From positions 806,001 through 870,000 of the forward strand of contig NW_026782173.1 of assembly GCF_031769215.1 (NCBI RefSeq): DNA of 64,000 bases, read 5' to 3'. The translations under genes were made by a program, and so were the position numbers. Positions within the stretch are counted from its first letter, which is position 1; each line of letters opens with the position of its first letter. The notes under the pieces were generated by a model. It ran no database searches, was not told where the DNA came from, and saw only the letters and a list, made by a program, of their open reading frames with translations. Positions 1 to 12,589 of the stretch are shown one piece after another. The stretch is from Ylistrum balloti (Eukaryota).

Positions 1-582
1 AGTGGTATGGACAAGGATATTGTTTTGACAAACTGTCAAGATATTTAAATGACTTTTGAAATGGTCATTTGCCTTTCCCAAAAATTTTGAGTACGTGTAA
101 CAATAATGTTCAAAACCACATGTTCTAACACCTTAATAGTGATTTAGGGAAAAAATGTAGGATACCATATATGACCTTTTAGGGCGTATGCCTCAATACG
201 GGCGCTCATGCCCCTTTTTCAGGAAAATTTCTTGACTGAGTGTCCAGTTGCATATAGAAAGGATATAAAAGAAACTACACCAACTTTTTTTTCAGAATAT
301 ATAAATAGGAATATGCTAGGGATTACTCTGACTGCACTGTGGACATTGAAAGCAGGCCTGATTTAGGTCATTTAGGTTATTAGGTCATAAACAGTATTCA
401 AATTCCTGGACTTTGCCTGCAATCTTTCCCTACATTTTGAAAATCCTGCATATGAAAGGAGTACAACAAAGATGATGTAGCATCTTTCTGAAGCCTCTGC
501 CCAAGAAATATATTTTATATGACCCTTGATGTTAAAAGCAGGTTAAATTCTAAATAAAACATCCTTTATATAAATTTCTTAC

Positions 583-676
583 CTCTCCTTGAGATATTTC
601 TTGTGAACACATTTGTTGTTTCCAGTCCTGGTGTGTTTGACACATACCTCGTGACGTTCACATGAAACAGTACACC
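583..676 (-). CDS. Exon 3 of a secreted testican/SPOCK (Drosophila Cow)-like protein; follistatin-N (FOLN)-type Cys module; gene continues past the left edge of the window
   Basis: Acceptor ...ttttacctcacag| and donor GAG|GTAAGA. The 94-nt exon is open in phase 1 to phase 2: (R)CTVSCERHEVCVKHTRTGNNKCVHKKYLKE. The C-x3-C-x5-C-x10-C spacing and the CVHKKYL ending resemble the testican FOLN module (C.RHKVC...CVSRKHL). Not in the ORF track. Confidence 0.7.
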
Positions 677-1053
677 CTGTGAGGTAAAACAAAAAAGATA
701 CTACAAACACAATAAAAAAGGGTAATAAATCTTTATCTTATATTGCATCAACCTAACCCCTTAATTCCTCAATTAATCATGCCAGTTCAGTTTCTTCCTA
801 GCATACACATTCAAGTTTTTTATCATTACTTTATCGTTTGCCTTTATTCTTAAGAGCAAAAAGATCTAACGGCTAAACTTTTAATCTTGTCTGCTGAAGA
901 TTGTCCTCGTGTTACCTGAAACATGGGTATCTAATCAATTATTTAATTACTTTTAAATTTTCAATCTTGTGTAGTTTATGGTTGCTTTATGTCCTGTTAT
1001 TGATAACAATCAGGATCATTTAAGGACATGACAGGTTAGAGTGATGGAAGAAA

Positions 1054-1177
1054 GCTGGAGTTCTTGGGAAAAAAACTACTAACCTGCAGCCAGCATCTGG
1101 CTATGTATACATATAGGCCTCAATCCTCTGACCCAGAGGTCATGTAGACACCTTAACTACTTGGCCACTGAAGTCCC
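1054..1177 (-). mobile_element. Decayed tRNA-derived SINE
   Basis: Minus strand starts gggacttcagtggccaagtagttaag (A-box-like tRNA head). It ends with ttttcccaagaactccagc, a degraded version of the SINE core seen at 8970 and 26830. Confidence 0.45.
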
Positions 1178-1319
1178 TTACATTTTCAACCATACCATCT
1201 TTTTCAACGATGAAAGAATACAATAGACAACTTTTATCCGATAAACAAAAGTTACTTAACATAAATAAACAGTCTTTCCTTCATTCTGAAACAAAATTCA
1301 ATATTTAAGATATTCTTAC

Positions 1320-1401
1320 TTTCAGCTGTTTCAATTGTAAAATCCAAGTGCTTCTTCCTTAATACATCATCCTGATCGATCATAAGAGTGGTATGCTTTC
1401 C
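1320..1401 (-). CDS. Exon 2 of the testican/SPOCK-like gene
   Basis: Acceptor ...cattttttcaaatgctgcag| and donor GAAA|GTAAGA. The 82 nt are open only in phase 0 (GKHTTLMIDQDDVLRKKHLDFTIETAE), matching the phase-0 end of exon 1 and the phase-1 start of exon 3. Confidence 0.7.
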
Positions 1402-2031
1402 CTGCAGCATTTGAAAAAATGAATTAATATGCAAAACATACATAAGACAAATGCAGCTTCCTGCACTTTGAAAAATATACTGAAATAAATCTCAATCAAT
1501 TATATGTGTACAATTTGTAAACATTTCTAAAGGTTCAATTAAATATCACTTTCAAAATTTCTAAATTCAAGAACCTTATAAAAATGGGAATTAACTAGAT
1601 AAGAAAAGTAAGATTTAATACATGTAAATGACGCAATATATATATCACAAAGAGTTTTGGAAATTTGGACTGATGCCAAAAACCAGTATTTCATTAATCG
1701 TATTATGTACATTTATCCTGATTATACAATTGTTTTCTACCACATGCTTAGCCTTTCGTGTACTAAATATATATGCTACGTAAACATGCTTTTATACAAT
1801 ACAAAAAGTAAACGATCTGGTATCATCCATTTGTAATGAATAAAGTTCAGTAACCAATGTCAAAGTATTGTTAATTTGAAAAGTACAAAATGTTACGTAA
1901 TATTTCTGTATATTAAGATAAAGTATGAGCGATTAATTGAGCATATACTCGAACGATACGATCACGCGATACCTGTAATACTATACAGGGATCAATACAG
2001 GTGCGACCGTCGTTTCTTAGTCATGACTTAC

Positions 2032-2208
2032 CAAAAAGTTTTTCCGGTTGTGGTGTGTTTTACCTCTCGCTTCACGGCGCAACTTTTTGAAATCTGACAG
2101 ATTAAAACGTTTCATTTCACCATGGACACGACTTTTCATGTGTTCTGCATCTATAGTCCATATCAAAACTGCCAGCACCAAAATAGGTGCTAAACGTGCT
2201 CCAACCAT
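2032..2208 (-). CDS. First coding exon of the testican/SPOCK-like gene: signal peptide plus basic propeptide-like segment
   Basis: AAGATGG start context; hydrophobic signal peptide MVGARLAPILVLAVLIWTIDA; 59 codons ending at a consensus donor TTG|GTAAGT (phase 0). Confidence 0.75.
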
Positions 2209-3547
2209 CTTCGCCGTCCTCGAAAAGTTCCCTTAATGAAAACTCACTCACATAACTTCTATTATGAGTTGGGAGTGCTTATTATATTTTATAGGTAAAT
2301 CAGGTTTCCGAAATAGCGATAATGAAGGACAATGTCGTATCAGTTCTCAGTGATTTAGAGACAAAACATGAGAGATGTAATAGTTCAAATAACATTAACC
2401 TTTCTGCTCGGTATTATAATTACGGCAGTACTAATATAATAATCAAAAGAGCCGACAAACCCTGTACGTATAGACCCGTCCAAAAGTTTGACAGTGATTC
2501 ACTGACACCTAGCGGAAGTACCCACCTGTACAGGTGATTAGGAGACACGACACGTAGGAGTTATCGCTCTTGTAACTTAGTGTTAATCTCGTCTGTATAT
2601 TTATGACCATACTGAAAATAAGCAATGCTGAGAATTCAACTGATTTTTTCTCTCGTTTACTGGATTTAAAGAGTCCTCAACGGTTCAAACACACAGCGTA
2701 TCATATAGGAAATTGCTTTGTTGTATTTCTGTACGGACTTACATATAATTATGTAAGATAAATAATTGAACAATTTTCGTCTTGTCATGGACTTAAAATA
2801 TTCTATTCAATCAAGTCCGAGGTCATGTTCAGTAACATATTGGAACAAGTATTTCAGTATTCCATATAGGATAAAGCTGAAGTAGGTAAAATAGTGTATT
2901 TTGGTAAAAATATCAATTAAAATAAATATGACAAGACTTGATTTCATTTGTATCAATATTAAATTAACGACGACAACATAATTAAGTTCTGAATTATTTT
3001 GTAAGAAAAATAGAGATATGACATAAAATTTCTAAAATGTCGACAAAACGGTATTGGTCAGATTTAGGTTTGTTCGTTATGATGACATTATACTAACTTA
3101 TATATATCCATATCTATTAAAGGTGAGCGAAACATGATTTTACTAAAATGAGTCATTAATACGAAAAGTCGGCTTCGTTATCCTCATCATATCTGTACTT
3201 ATATGAATTTTAATTGAACATTGTTGTTAGTTTTGGTAACTGTATACATTTTTGGTGCGCTTTAACAAAACTACGGATACAAGTTGATCGAACCGTTCAT
3301 TTTCAGCTATTTCTATGAGACAAAATGTTTTCATACCCATGTAATCCAGAAATTTGGTTATTTTCTTCACAGATAACATAACATAACATTTCTTTGTCTT
3401 ATAAAAGGTGGACAACCGCCATCTTGGAAGTCTCTATGTCACGCTTTTACCCGAGTCGTTTACTATATACATTTATCATCTTCCCACGCTCCGACGTCAT
3501 CCACCATCTTGAAAATGACTGAGCTTACATGTGTGTTCCCAAAATAT

Positions 3548-4014
3548 GTTTATGACACCGCGTCGAAAAATATTGTTTTTGTGCTGTCTGTTTGTCTGTT
3601 GCCAACTTTAACCCTGCCCATAGCTATTACACCGTAAAAGGTTGGCCTTTCATATTTGGTATGTGTGTTCCTTGTAACCAGAATGTTTCACCATGTGACG
3701 TTGACCGTGACCTCTGACCTACATTTGATTTTTTAAACATTTCCCATTACCATGGCACCATAAGAGGTATGGCTTTCATATTTGGAATGTGTGTCTCTTT
3801 TAACAAGATCTTTCCGATGATACCAAAATTTCAGACCATGTGATTTTGACCGTGACCTTTGACCTACATTCGAAAGTAAAAAAAAAAAAAAACATTACCA
3901 CAATGAATACATAAGTGTTTCACAAAGTATGGATGTAATTAACACATGTCTACAACGTACAGCTTTAACGTCCCTCTTCCAAATTTTGTTGGAACCGGGG
4001 GAATACATCTTGTT
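3548..4014 (+). mobile_element. Non-autonomous Helentron/HINE-like element with two internal subrepeats
   Basis: Short (gtct)n tract near the 5' end. Two related internal units (ggc.tttcatatttgg.atgtgtgt...tgaccgtgacct.tgacctacatt) at ~3645-3725 and ~3771-3870. The 3' end reads ccgggggaatacatcttgtt. This matches the recalled HINE architecture of bivalves. Confidence 0.55.
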
Positions 4015-4930
4015 TTCAGTGTTATTTAGAACTTTATATAATTTATACAATTATTTTCAAAGAACGACAATATTAAAAACTTAGTCTACACAACCACCAT
4101 TTGTTTTTTTTCTTGAAGATCCAAGGAATAACATGAACAGAACAAATCGCTTCATTTTCAATTCTATGTAAGAAGTTTTGAAGTTTAATGTGTGTTTTTT
4201 CATACTTTATTCCATGAACGAATAACTAGATTTACAGGGATCATTCATTAAATTATACCAGTAGTGCCATGTATCACAATCATGAATTCATTTCGTTGCT
4301 TTTTTTCTACTGCCATTCCAAATGTATCCCCAGTGGCTGGAAAACACTCGCAATTGCACAATTCATGATTCAAATGCTGCATGGTAGTTTCCCTTTGGTG
4401 GGACAAAACAATTCTTGACGCATTTTCTTCGGCGAACGAAAAAGGAAATGAGTCACAAAGACTTTGGTCTAGTGGATACTTTGTTCTCATGTTTAATAAA
4501 TACCATACAATGTTACTTGTGTGGAATCGAATTACATGAGATAAAGTCCCTTTGTCTCTGTAAAACTTGGCATTGGTGATTCTCACTTCTGTGGTGTCTG
4601 AACTAACTGAACACAAGTGTTCTAAAAATGACGTCAATATTAACATTCTTCGCCATCTTTGTATGTGTGACAATCACCTGCCTTGCTTTAATTTGCGCAT
4701 AAGTAACTCTTATCAACAATACCGTACTGTTTCGAAGCTTTTTAACACCATTCGAACGCTTGATCTGTTATTCACGCTCAGCAAAAAAATGGACGCAAGG
4801 CTTTTAAATTTGAATCTCTCGGTAAGAACGTTGTGTGTCTTGCCAAATAAAACGCCAACCACACTAGCTATTCCGGAAACCGTGTATAAACTACCCTTCC
4901 CAACCAATGTTCTCAAATCACACAACAGTA

Positions 4931-4931
<1 letters not shown>

Positions 4932-4979
<48 letters not shown>
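4932..4979. repeat. 48-nt poly-C homopolymer (poly-G on minus strand)
   Basis: Uninterrupted C run seen directly. Confidence 0.95.
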
Positions 4980-4980
<1 letters not shown>

Positions 4981-5473
4981 CACCTTTTTTTTTTATACAG
5001 AAACCAACTGTTCTGTCTAGTTGCATTTCCTCTTGTATATGAGTTTTATACTAAACCATCCGGGAACAGTTTTCATGGAGCGAACAGAAGTACTGTGTTC
5101 TTCACAACTGTACATGTATCTATTTTGGATGTAGATGTAAACCATAATCCGTTTAACTATAGGTATTTCAGCATTCAAAATTATGTTATTTAACAAGTCA
5201 ATATGTTATTTACAATTGCGTCACCAACCTGCTCATTTCGTATGGGACTGTGTTAAAATTTGGCACGTGCATATCTATTTAAAACATTTGCGGTGTGCAA
5301 TGGCGTTATACAGTTTCATTAATTCTTGGTACGGAAACTGTGTAGTGACAGAACTAATTGAGTTACCCTCGTATTTTATGTAAGTTCATCAAATTATTGG
5401 AATCCGATTAAAATACATCTCTTCAATACGCCCAAACTTAATACGTAAAGTCTCGTAGTGAATTGGAATTAGT

Positions 5474-5479
5474 TTTAAT
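5474..5479 (-). terminator. Candidate ATTAAA polyadenylation signal for MIOX
   Basis: ATTAAA on the minus strand ~460 nt downstream of the MIOX stop; no closer AATAAA noticed. Confidence 0.3.
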
Positions 5480-5941
5480 AAGATTGAAATTATTTATAAT
5501 TCATTCAATGAGCAAATAAGTCGATCTATCTGAAACCAAGTGTAACTACAGGAAATATATGGACTATCAATTTGATGAAAATAAAGTGTATATTAACTAC
5601 AAACACCCGTTCAGGAATACAAATATTTATCATATATCTACATACATATACAAAAGTACATATACCAACAACAAGCATGTATATATCTACAGCGACAAAC
5701 AATTCTATGATATAATAAACATACTAAAATGTTCAATTCTAATTTATGTAAGAACACAAACTGGTTACACATAGTCTGGGATATTGATACTGTAATTTAA
5801 GGACAGGCAGACAGCCTATTTGCTAACGTTATGAAATTATAATTTCCGTATGTGACAATACCTCTCTATTCTAAACAGCCCATCCATGTCTACAGTAAAC
5901 TATTTAAAGCACCTTAGTATCGTCTGATTCAGGTATACTGT

Positions 5942-6802
5942 CTACCACTTCACCTTGCCGGGGATGTATTTCTCCACGAGTGCACTGTAATAGGCCTGGA
6001 GTTCATCCACATCCGGCGTCACAGCGCTCTTAGTGTACAAGTCAAACTTGTTAAATTCATTGATCCAATCCTTCATCTCTTCGTCCTTGTTGTTACTCAA
6101 GTATCCGTAAGCCCCACTCGAGTGCCAGGGGTAGAATGAGTGGTACCGGATCATGTACAAACCCTCTTCCGGTATCTTGCATGTGTTGAGGTCAGAGGTT
6201 AAGACGCGGTACAAATATTCATCATGGCCCCATGACAAAAGAACTTTATCCAATCCGCAGTTTTCCTCATACATTCCCAGTTTTGTATTGTATTTTTCAT
6301 TTTTCATGTCCGGATTATCTTTGAAACTCTCCCGCCCGAAAACGATTCGATCGTCTGGGAGACAGCCTACAGGAAAAGTGTCCCCTACCGTGGACCATTG
6401 TGGCTCCCCCCAGTGGGCCATAACTTTGCCTGCGTCGTGGATCAGACCTACCACATGGAACCAGTCTTTGTCCGGGTGCGCCCTACGAATACCCTCGGCA
6501 GTTTGATAGCCGTGCAAGGAATTCGGCATATCAACATCAGGATCACTTTCATCCAAAAACGAGTCAAGGGAATTCAACGCTTCCATCATGGTCATTTCGG
6601 CGTGATTGAATTTGCAATATTGGTCGATCTTTCCCTGGACATATTCCACTGTCTGAAAAGTATGCATGCTTTTGTATGTGTCAATGACCCGAGCGGGACA
6701 CGTATGGATGTTAAAATTTCGATATTCTGTTTTGTCCTTGTACTCTGGTCGGTATTCCGAGGGATCGCTTAAAACTATCCGTTTCTGCACTGTCGAAGCC
6801 AT
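5942..6802 (-). CDS. MIOX: Myo-inositol oxygenase (inositol oxygenase), 286 aa, single coding exon
   Basis: Full-length ORF with family motifs DESDPDVD, HGYQTAEGIR, HDAGK, EPQWSTVGDTFPVGC, SWGHDEY, IRYHSFYPWH and KFDLYTK. The di-iron His/Asp ligands are present. Ends KYIPGKVKW, like animal MIOX. Confidence 0.97.
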   Translation of the reverse strand: MASTVQKRIVLSDPSEYRPEYKDKTEYRNFNIHTCPARVIDTYKSMHTFQTVEYVQGKIDQYCKFNHAEMTMMEALNSLDSFLDESDPDVDMPNSLHGYQTAEGIRRAHPDKDWFHVVGLIHDAGKVMAHWGEPQWSTVGDTFPVGCLPDDRIVFGRESFKDNPDMKNEKYNTKLGMYEENCGLDKVLLSWGHDEYLYRVLTSDLNTCKIPEEGLYMIRYHSFYPWHSSGAYGYLSNNKDEEMKDWINEFNKFDLYTKSAVTPDVDELQAYYSALVEKYIPGKVKW

Positions 6803-8884
6803 TTGAGTCTCGATGTTCCAGTTTTAGAAAAAAACAGTAGCTGTGTATGTTCCTTGTGCAAGTCCGCGGTTAGTGTGCCAGGCACGACAGTCGTTTCAAT
6901 TTTAAATGTCTCTTGTCCTAGATAAACCCCAGGTCGACCTCGAGGCGGCTGTCCCCACCGATAAACAACCCATGCAATCTCGTCCCGAATTTGTCAATAC
7001 AAAACGTTCGACTTTTCACCTATAATGGTGTTCTATATACATTTCCTGATGAACTTGATTTTTTTTCAAGAATTGACTTATAAAATACGTAAAAGCAGTT
7101 TAGTCTCTATTTGATATATTGTACTTAAGAATCAATCAGGAGAAATACTGCTGCCATTCATAGTTCGTTGTTTATTGCCCCGTGAACAAACAGGATCATT
7201 CTGACGCAGTATCCTTGTAATAGCTGGGGGCTATCTCAGTGAGCAACACAGAGGAGGCCCGTCGCATGTCATCAAGAGTAATAAGGGTCCATTTCTCAAA
7301 GGTTATGTTTTCCGTTAACTTAAGGTATCCATTTTTCCCGATCTCATAAATATCTGTTTAGCATTAAGAATTATGGGGAGAGATTCCAAATTTCTATATA
7401 GCACATGTGTTTTGTTGCATTCCTACCCTGAAGGCTGAAGAACAGGGCCCAGAAAAGGGAATTACGTTTAACAGAAATTAATGTTTTGGCAAACTGGTCT
7501 TTAACGGGAGAGAAACAGAGATGGGTCGCAAGAGATTAGGTTATAAAAAACTACTTTAGCATTAACTAACATGCGTTTAGGTGCATCAAGTGTGGCTCCA
7601 GAAATGTTTCCGGAGAAAATGGAGAAACATGAGTATCTCGTTAGTCTAAAACTGTCAATTTTTCAGCTTTCTCAAACAGGAAATGTGGAAAGCAAAATGA
7701 TGGCACAACAGAAATTTTAAAATCATATCGCATGAATATGGAACAAGATCAGCTCGTAAAGAGTGAGGTAAAAGTCATTTCATATAGATGTCTTAATATT
7801 TAGTTTCTTGAGAGAATGTGGATTAAAAAAAACGCTCACACGACTATTTTTTAATTGTAAACTAAAACATTATGACCAAAAATGTTGAATGTCAGGTCTG
7901 GTATTTTGACGTTGTAAATGTGACAACACTTTTTACTTTAGTCATTATTTCGTCCACTAAGGGAACACCCGTGCACTTGCATTTTTTTCAACAGTGTTTA
8001 CAACAATGAAAATTGTGTGGCCTCATATTCAGACGAGGTCAATCTTGTCAAAATTTAGTTCAGAATGAACGAAAATGTATATCTTTACAAAATTTCAATA
8101 TATATACGCACACACGTCAATTATCGATATTGAATTATCCTCCTTTTCAATATGGCATCACAACATTTTTTTTTCACTCGGAGTGTGAACAAATAAGAAG
8201 AGTTCTACTCGTTGTCCTCGTGGCTCTTATCACAACAACCTGAGGTCAAACAGCCACGGTATCTGGAGTTCGTGCTCGACTGCCTTTAGAAAAGACTGGT
8301 GTCAAAAACAAGGCCGACATGAGTGTGAAACTTGGGTTACACAAACAGGTGTAGTGTTTATCATCTAGGTGTACCCACAAATCAAATAAGGCACACGATA
8401 TTTTATACATTGAGTTGCTATTGCTGAACGGTAGAGCATCGGACTAATCTAATGTATATTTTAATCCCTAGCTGGGCGGACTATGTTGTCTTGTTTAAGA
8501 CATCATAAATCAATTTCTATTGATACCAAGCGACGAGCCTCCCGAATGGTGTTCAGTGAGGTAGCCAATGTGACAGCGCCTCCAAAGGACACTGACTGTA
8601 CGATATATCTATCAAAACATCCAGTTCCCAGTCCGGTTGACCGAAAGACATGTGATAAACCTTCTCCTGCATAGATGGATAATGAAGTCCTTGGCCAAAT
8701 ATTTTGTTGGTCGACGAATGACAGATGTTGCAATAAGTACCGTTCCAGAAATTAAAAAGAGCAAGGTCGACGGCAGTGAATAATAATCTATATATAATAC
8801 AAGACTTTCATTTACTATGTAAGAAAAAAAGATCACAATATCGCTAACCCATATTGCTGCGGAACGTTAAGGATACTTACAGGA

Positions 8885-9030
8885 TGGTCGGGTGGCGCAG
8901 TAGGGTTTACTACTCCCGTACAGACGTGAAAAATGCATGTAAGCTATCTACCTGATCACTTCGGCATTCCCCGGGCACTCCGGTTTCCCATAGTATGGCC
9001 CCCTGCGCTTTTCCGAGGCAACCAGAGTGA
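8885..9030 (+). mobile_element. Decayed tRNA-derived SINE
   Basis: A-box-like gggtggcgcagtagg head followed by the core ccgggcactccggtttccc. Confidence 0.45.
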
Positions 9031-12000
9031 TAAATGAAAACGTAAGATATTGTTTCCTACTTGTAAATAAAGTCTGTTCATTTACTGTAATTTCACAGAA
9101 ATCTTTTAGTAATTAATGATTTTTCCGCCAATTTATAAAGACAGAATTCTGGCCTATTTCCTTACACAGATTTCATCCACGTATATTATGTGTGTTCAGC
9201 TTCAGTAATTCGGAGCGAGGTGGATATCTTTGAACGGATTTTATCTTTTCTTCATTGAGTTTTCTTTATTAATTCTATATAGGAGTTATTCTTTAGCTTT
9301 TGGTTTATGTAACGGAAGGTTCATATCGTATTGTCAGGTGAATGACTTAATCACTGAGCATAGGAAAGAAGCTGACTTTGAAAAAGATCCAAGATGGCCG
9401 CCACTGGGTTCTAGTCTCTTTAATAGGTCAATGCAGATTGTCAGAGAAATCACAATGGCCAAATCCTATATACACAAAGGTAGAAAATATAATGAGGAGA
9501 TGGTAATATTAAAGGAAAGACTACACTACATTATGCTGGAGTTAATTCTGGTATAATTTGTTTAATACTTGATCATATATGAACACTCCTAGTACACTAA
9601 AGTTCTACAAAGAACAGTGCTAAATAGTGCCCAATGTTGACTTTATTGGTTCCATTGATTACAATGTCCAGATCACTTACAGACATTATAGGATCCTGGT
9701 GGGGAAATAATAACATCATGTCAAAATGTCCAAGGACCTTGCAGACAGTATGTCCACAGTACTTATCCAAAACGATCAGTAATCCATTCCATACGATGTA
9801 GTGTCGAGGTATCAAATTCACCGACGTGGAAAAAGTCGATGCCATTCTTTGACACCCTTCTAGAATGATGACAATATTAGCATTGGTCTATAGGCAGTTG
9901 GCCTTGTATGAACTTTGCTCAACAGATGTGAAATTATTGTTACAGACGAAGAAGACATGAAGCAAAATCAAAATGCAATGAAAGCATGTGAATACCCTAA
10001 ATTGTGCAATTCAGAAAGTTAACAAGGAATTAAGGGAGAGCAAAGAAAAGGACAAGAGATAAATCACCGAGGAAAAGAGCAAAAAAAAAAAACCGAGGTC
10101 GTGATATTATAACAGCCACGAAACCTCACATGACTCTTTGTAACAGTTCACCCTAAGGATTAAACACCCAATGAGAACAGTGTTAAACGAAGCATATCAA
10201 CAGTGTTATCATTTTGTCTTCACACTATTTCCAATCAGAATCTTCATCATGAACGGCGATCCAAAAGATACACACAGACACAATACGAGTAGATTGCTTT
10301 ATTACGAAATTAACACGTACGAAATCATCGACGTGTTCGTGTTACCTGTGTCAGTAAAAACAAGAATTCCTTTATGTATATATAGAATGTTTCGAGGGAT
10401 TCGTTACATCCAATTGACGGTGTAGTTATATTGGGTGGCGATAGGTAGCGGATGGTGGTCCTTAGCGTCTCGTACACTACATGCGTTAGACTCAAATTCT
10501 GATTAATTTTATTCCTTGCGTTTCATATACAACATAGTGAAATAATGTAACAGTGCAATAGTGCTTTACAATAAGTACATCAGTTATACATATACAATAC
10601 ATTTTCTTAATTGTTGTGTAGATCTGAATTAAATCTGTGCTAGCACGCGTCACACTCACACTTAATTGATCGTCAGATTAGATCCGATATTCTGTTGAAA
10701 ATTGTATGTTCCTTCTCATCAGTTTTGTATATTGGGTTGTCAAAATGATATGAAGACGCAAACAACATCTTACATAAATTCAATAGGCATGAAGATTAAA
10801 CCAGAATAAGGTTTTTGAGCTTCAGAATCGGAAAAGAGACAGAGAGCACAATATTCCATTATATAATGCTAATGACACACAAGTTACATCTACATTCCGC
10901 CTCATTGCAAAACTCCATGACCTATTGATGAGAAAGTCATCTAATCCGCAATATGCCGCAGTCTTCTCGTATGCAAATAGGCCTTACTTAAATAATCGCG
11001 TATCGAGTGTCTGACTGTAAATCAGTGAGTTTTAGAACATGTTCGCAACCACACATTTAAATCCCCAACGCTCTTCATGTATTTCATTTCATTAAAACAA
11101 ACCCAAAATCAAACAAGCGAACAAAAAACAATTTCCGTTAAAGCGGTTTGTAAAATTCAGCCTTTAAGCTTGAAATGTTCAGTACCGTTTTGAAGTGGTT
11201 TACTTGGGCTCGCGTTTAAGGAATAATTCGGGCCACTTGGTTAAAGCGTTTGTGTTTTATTCACTTTCCTATCTCATCACCCGAAAAGATCGAGATATTC
11301 CAACGCAAGACATTTTTGCGTCAGAAAACCTAACGTCTGATGCATAAAAGAAACATTCATTGCGATAGGTTACGGAATGCAGTTTGTTTACCCGTCATTT
11401 GTAGACATATACAATTATAAATATACATGCAAGGTCTCGAGTCCTGTAAACATAGCATTTCGAAGGGACTCGTAGAGTTCCTGAAAAAAAAACCGAATAA
11501 ATTTTACATTGTGAGACCACTATTCTAAAACAAACTTAAAAAGGACCCGTGAAAATAAATGGTAAATTGATCTCTGTATATATATGTATATAATAAAAGG
11601 CTAACAAGAATCACAAATTATTGCTGATTAATGGTTGTTATTACGCTGTAATACATTTGTAAGAATCAGAATTGGACCACTGAAAAAAAACACCACGTAG
11701 TTTGAAAATATAACGCGTTTGGAATCTTCACGAGAAATAAAAAATTAATTAACAGTAATAACACATTTTTTTCAGAGTTGATATGAATATATTTCTTCTT
11801 TTGTCTAATTGACTTCCGTACATTTGTGTTCTATCAATTTTAAAAAGGATCTTTATCCCCAGTGGTGAGTCGATTCCGTGTCAACAAAGTTCAATATCAA
11901 ATTATCTTTCAAATCATTTATATAAAATATTTATACCAATACAACATGTAACATAGAATGGCAGTGTATCTAAGGCACTAGAGGAAAATGTTTCAAAATA

Positions 12001-12066
12001 TGTAACATATAAAATAGTGTATTTGATTTATAAGTGAAAAAAGGAGAAATGAAAAAAATGATAAAA

Positions 12067-12371
12067 TTATTCTTGAAGAGGAAAGCGTAATGTAGTTTTG
12101 TAGGAGTTGTAACTTCCTCTACCCTTGATAACAAGTTGGTCGTTGTAAAGGTATGCTGTAGCGTAGGAATCGGTTTCAAGACTCTCTACAGTTCCGGGAA
12201 ATGTTATGTGCAATATACCGGAAAAATCTACACTACTTCCACCCTCGTGGTCATGACCAGCTAAGTAACAAACGACACAGTCACTGAAATCGGTTAAGAC
12301 CTCCATAGCATCTGTGCAGTTTAACAATAAATCCATATTGTTTGCGCTATGCTCAAATATAGGACAGTGAC
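12067..12371 (-). CDS. ADPRM: ADPRM paralog 1, coding exon 2 (332 aa total with exon 1)
   Basis: Acceptor ttttcaattttag| restores G-H-C-P; contains the CYLAGHDHEGG metal-ligand motif; TAA at 12067-12069. Exon sizes 694+305=999 nt, in frame. Confidence 0.93.
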
Positions 12372-12589
12372 CTAAAATTGAAAACAAACAAATAAATAAG
12401 TTACATATGATGCAAGGAACGATAATTGTAAAAACAACTGCCGGGTTTATGCTTCACTTTGAGTATACGTTTGCAACTACCCATGGAAACTCGTCTGATT
12501 GAAGCCTAATATTATGCAGTACATTTTCAATATTTACGTTGCCTCGCCGATAAATTTGAATTTTGTTGATTATGTAATACTGAACTTAC

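Noticed and set aside
845-915. Alternative terminal exon for the SPOCK-like gene (acceptor at 916 followed by AATAAA)
   Set aside because: In the required phase 1 it stops after 11 codons, whereas the 583-676 exon gives a coherent Cys module. An earlier donor at 2063 was also rejected because it puts exon 2 out of frame.
4567-5193. 208-aa ORF with a poly-proline run
   Set aside because: The prolines are the translation of the poly-C homopolymer, the start is non-ATG, and there is no family signal.
6153-6772. Plus-strand ORFs of 117 and 124 aa
   Set aside because: Antisense shadows of the MIOX coding sequence.
5942-6802. Bacterial horizontal transfer as the explanation for the intronless MIOX
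   Set aside because: The N-terminal DPSEYRP and C-terminal KYIPGKVKW segments resemble animal MIOX; nothing indicates prokaryotic origin. A phylogeny would settle it.
7581-7767. Exon-like segment starting RCIKCGSR (CxxC)
   Set aside because: Two in-frame stops and no recognisable family.
8503-8733. SVSFGGAV resembling an alpha/beta-hydrolase GxSxG elbow
   Set aside because: The first Gly is missing, the start is non-ATG, and there are no supporting exons.
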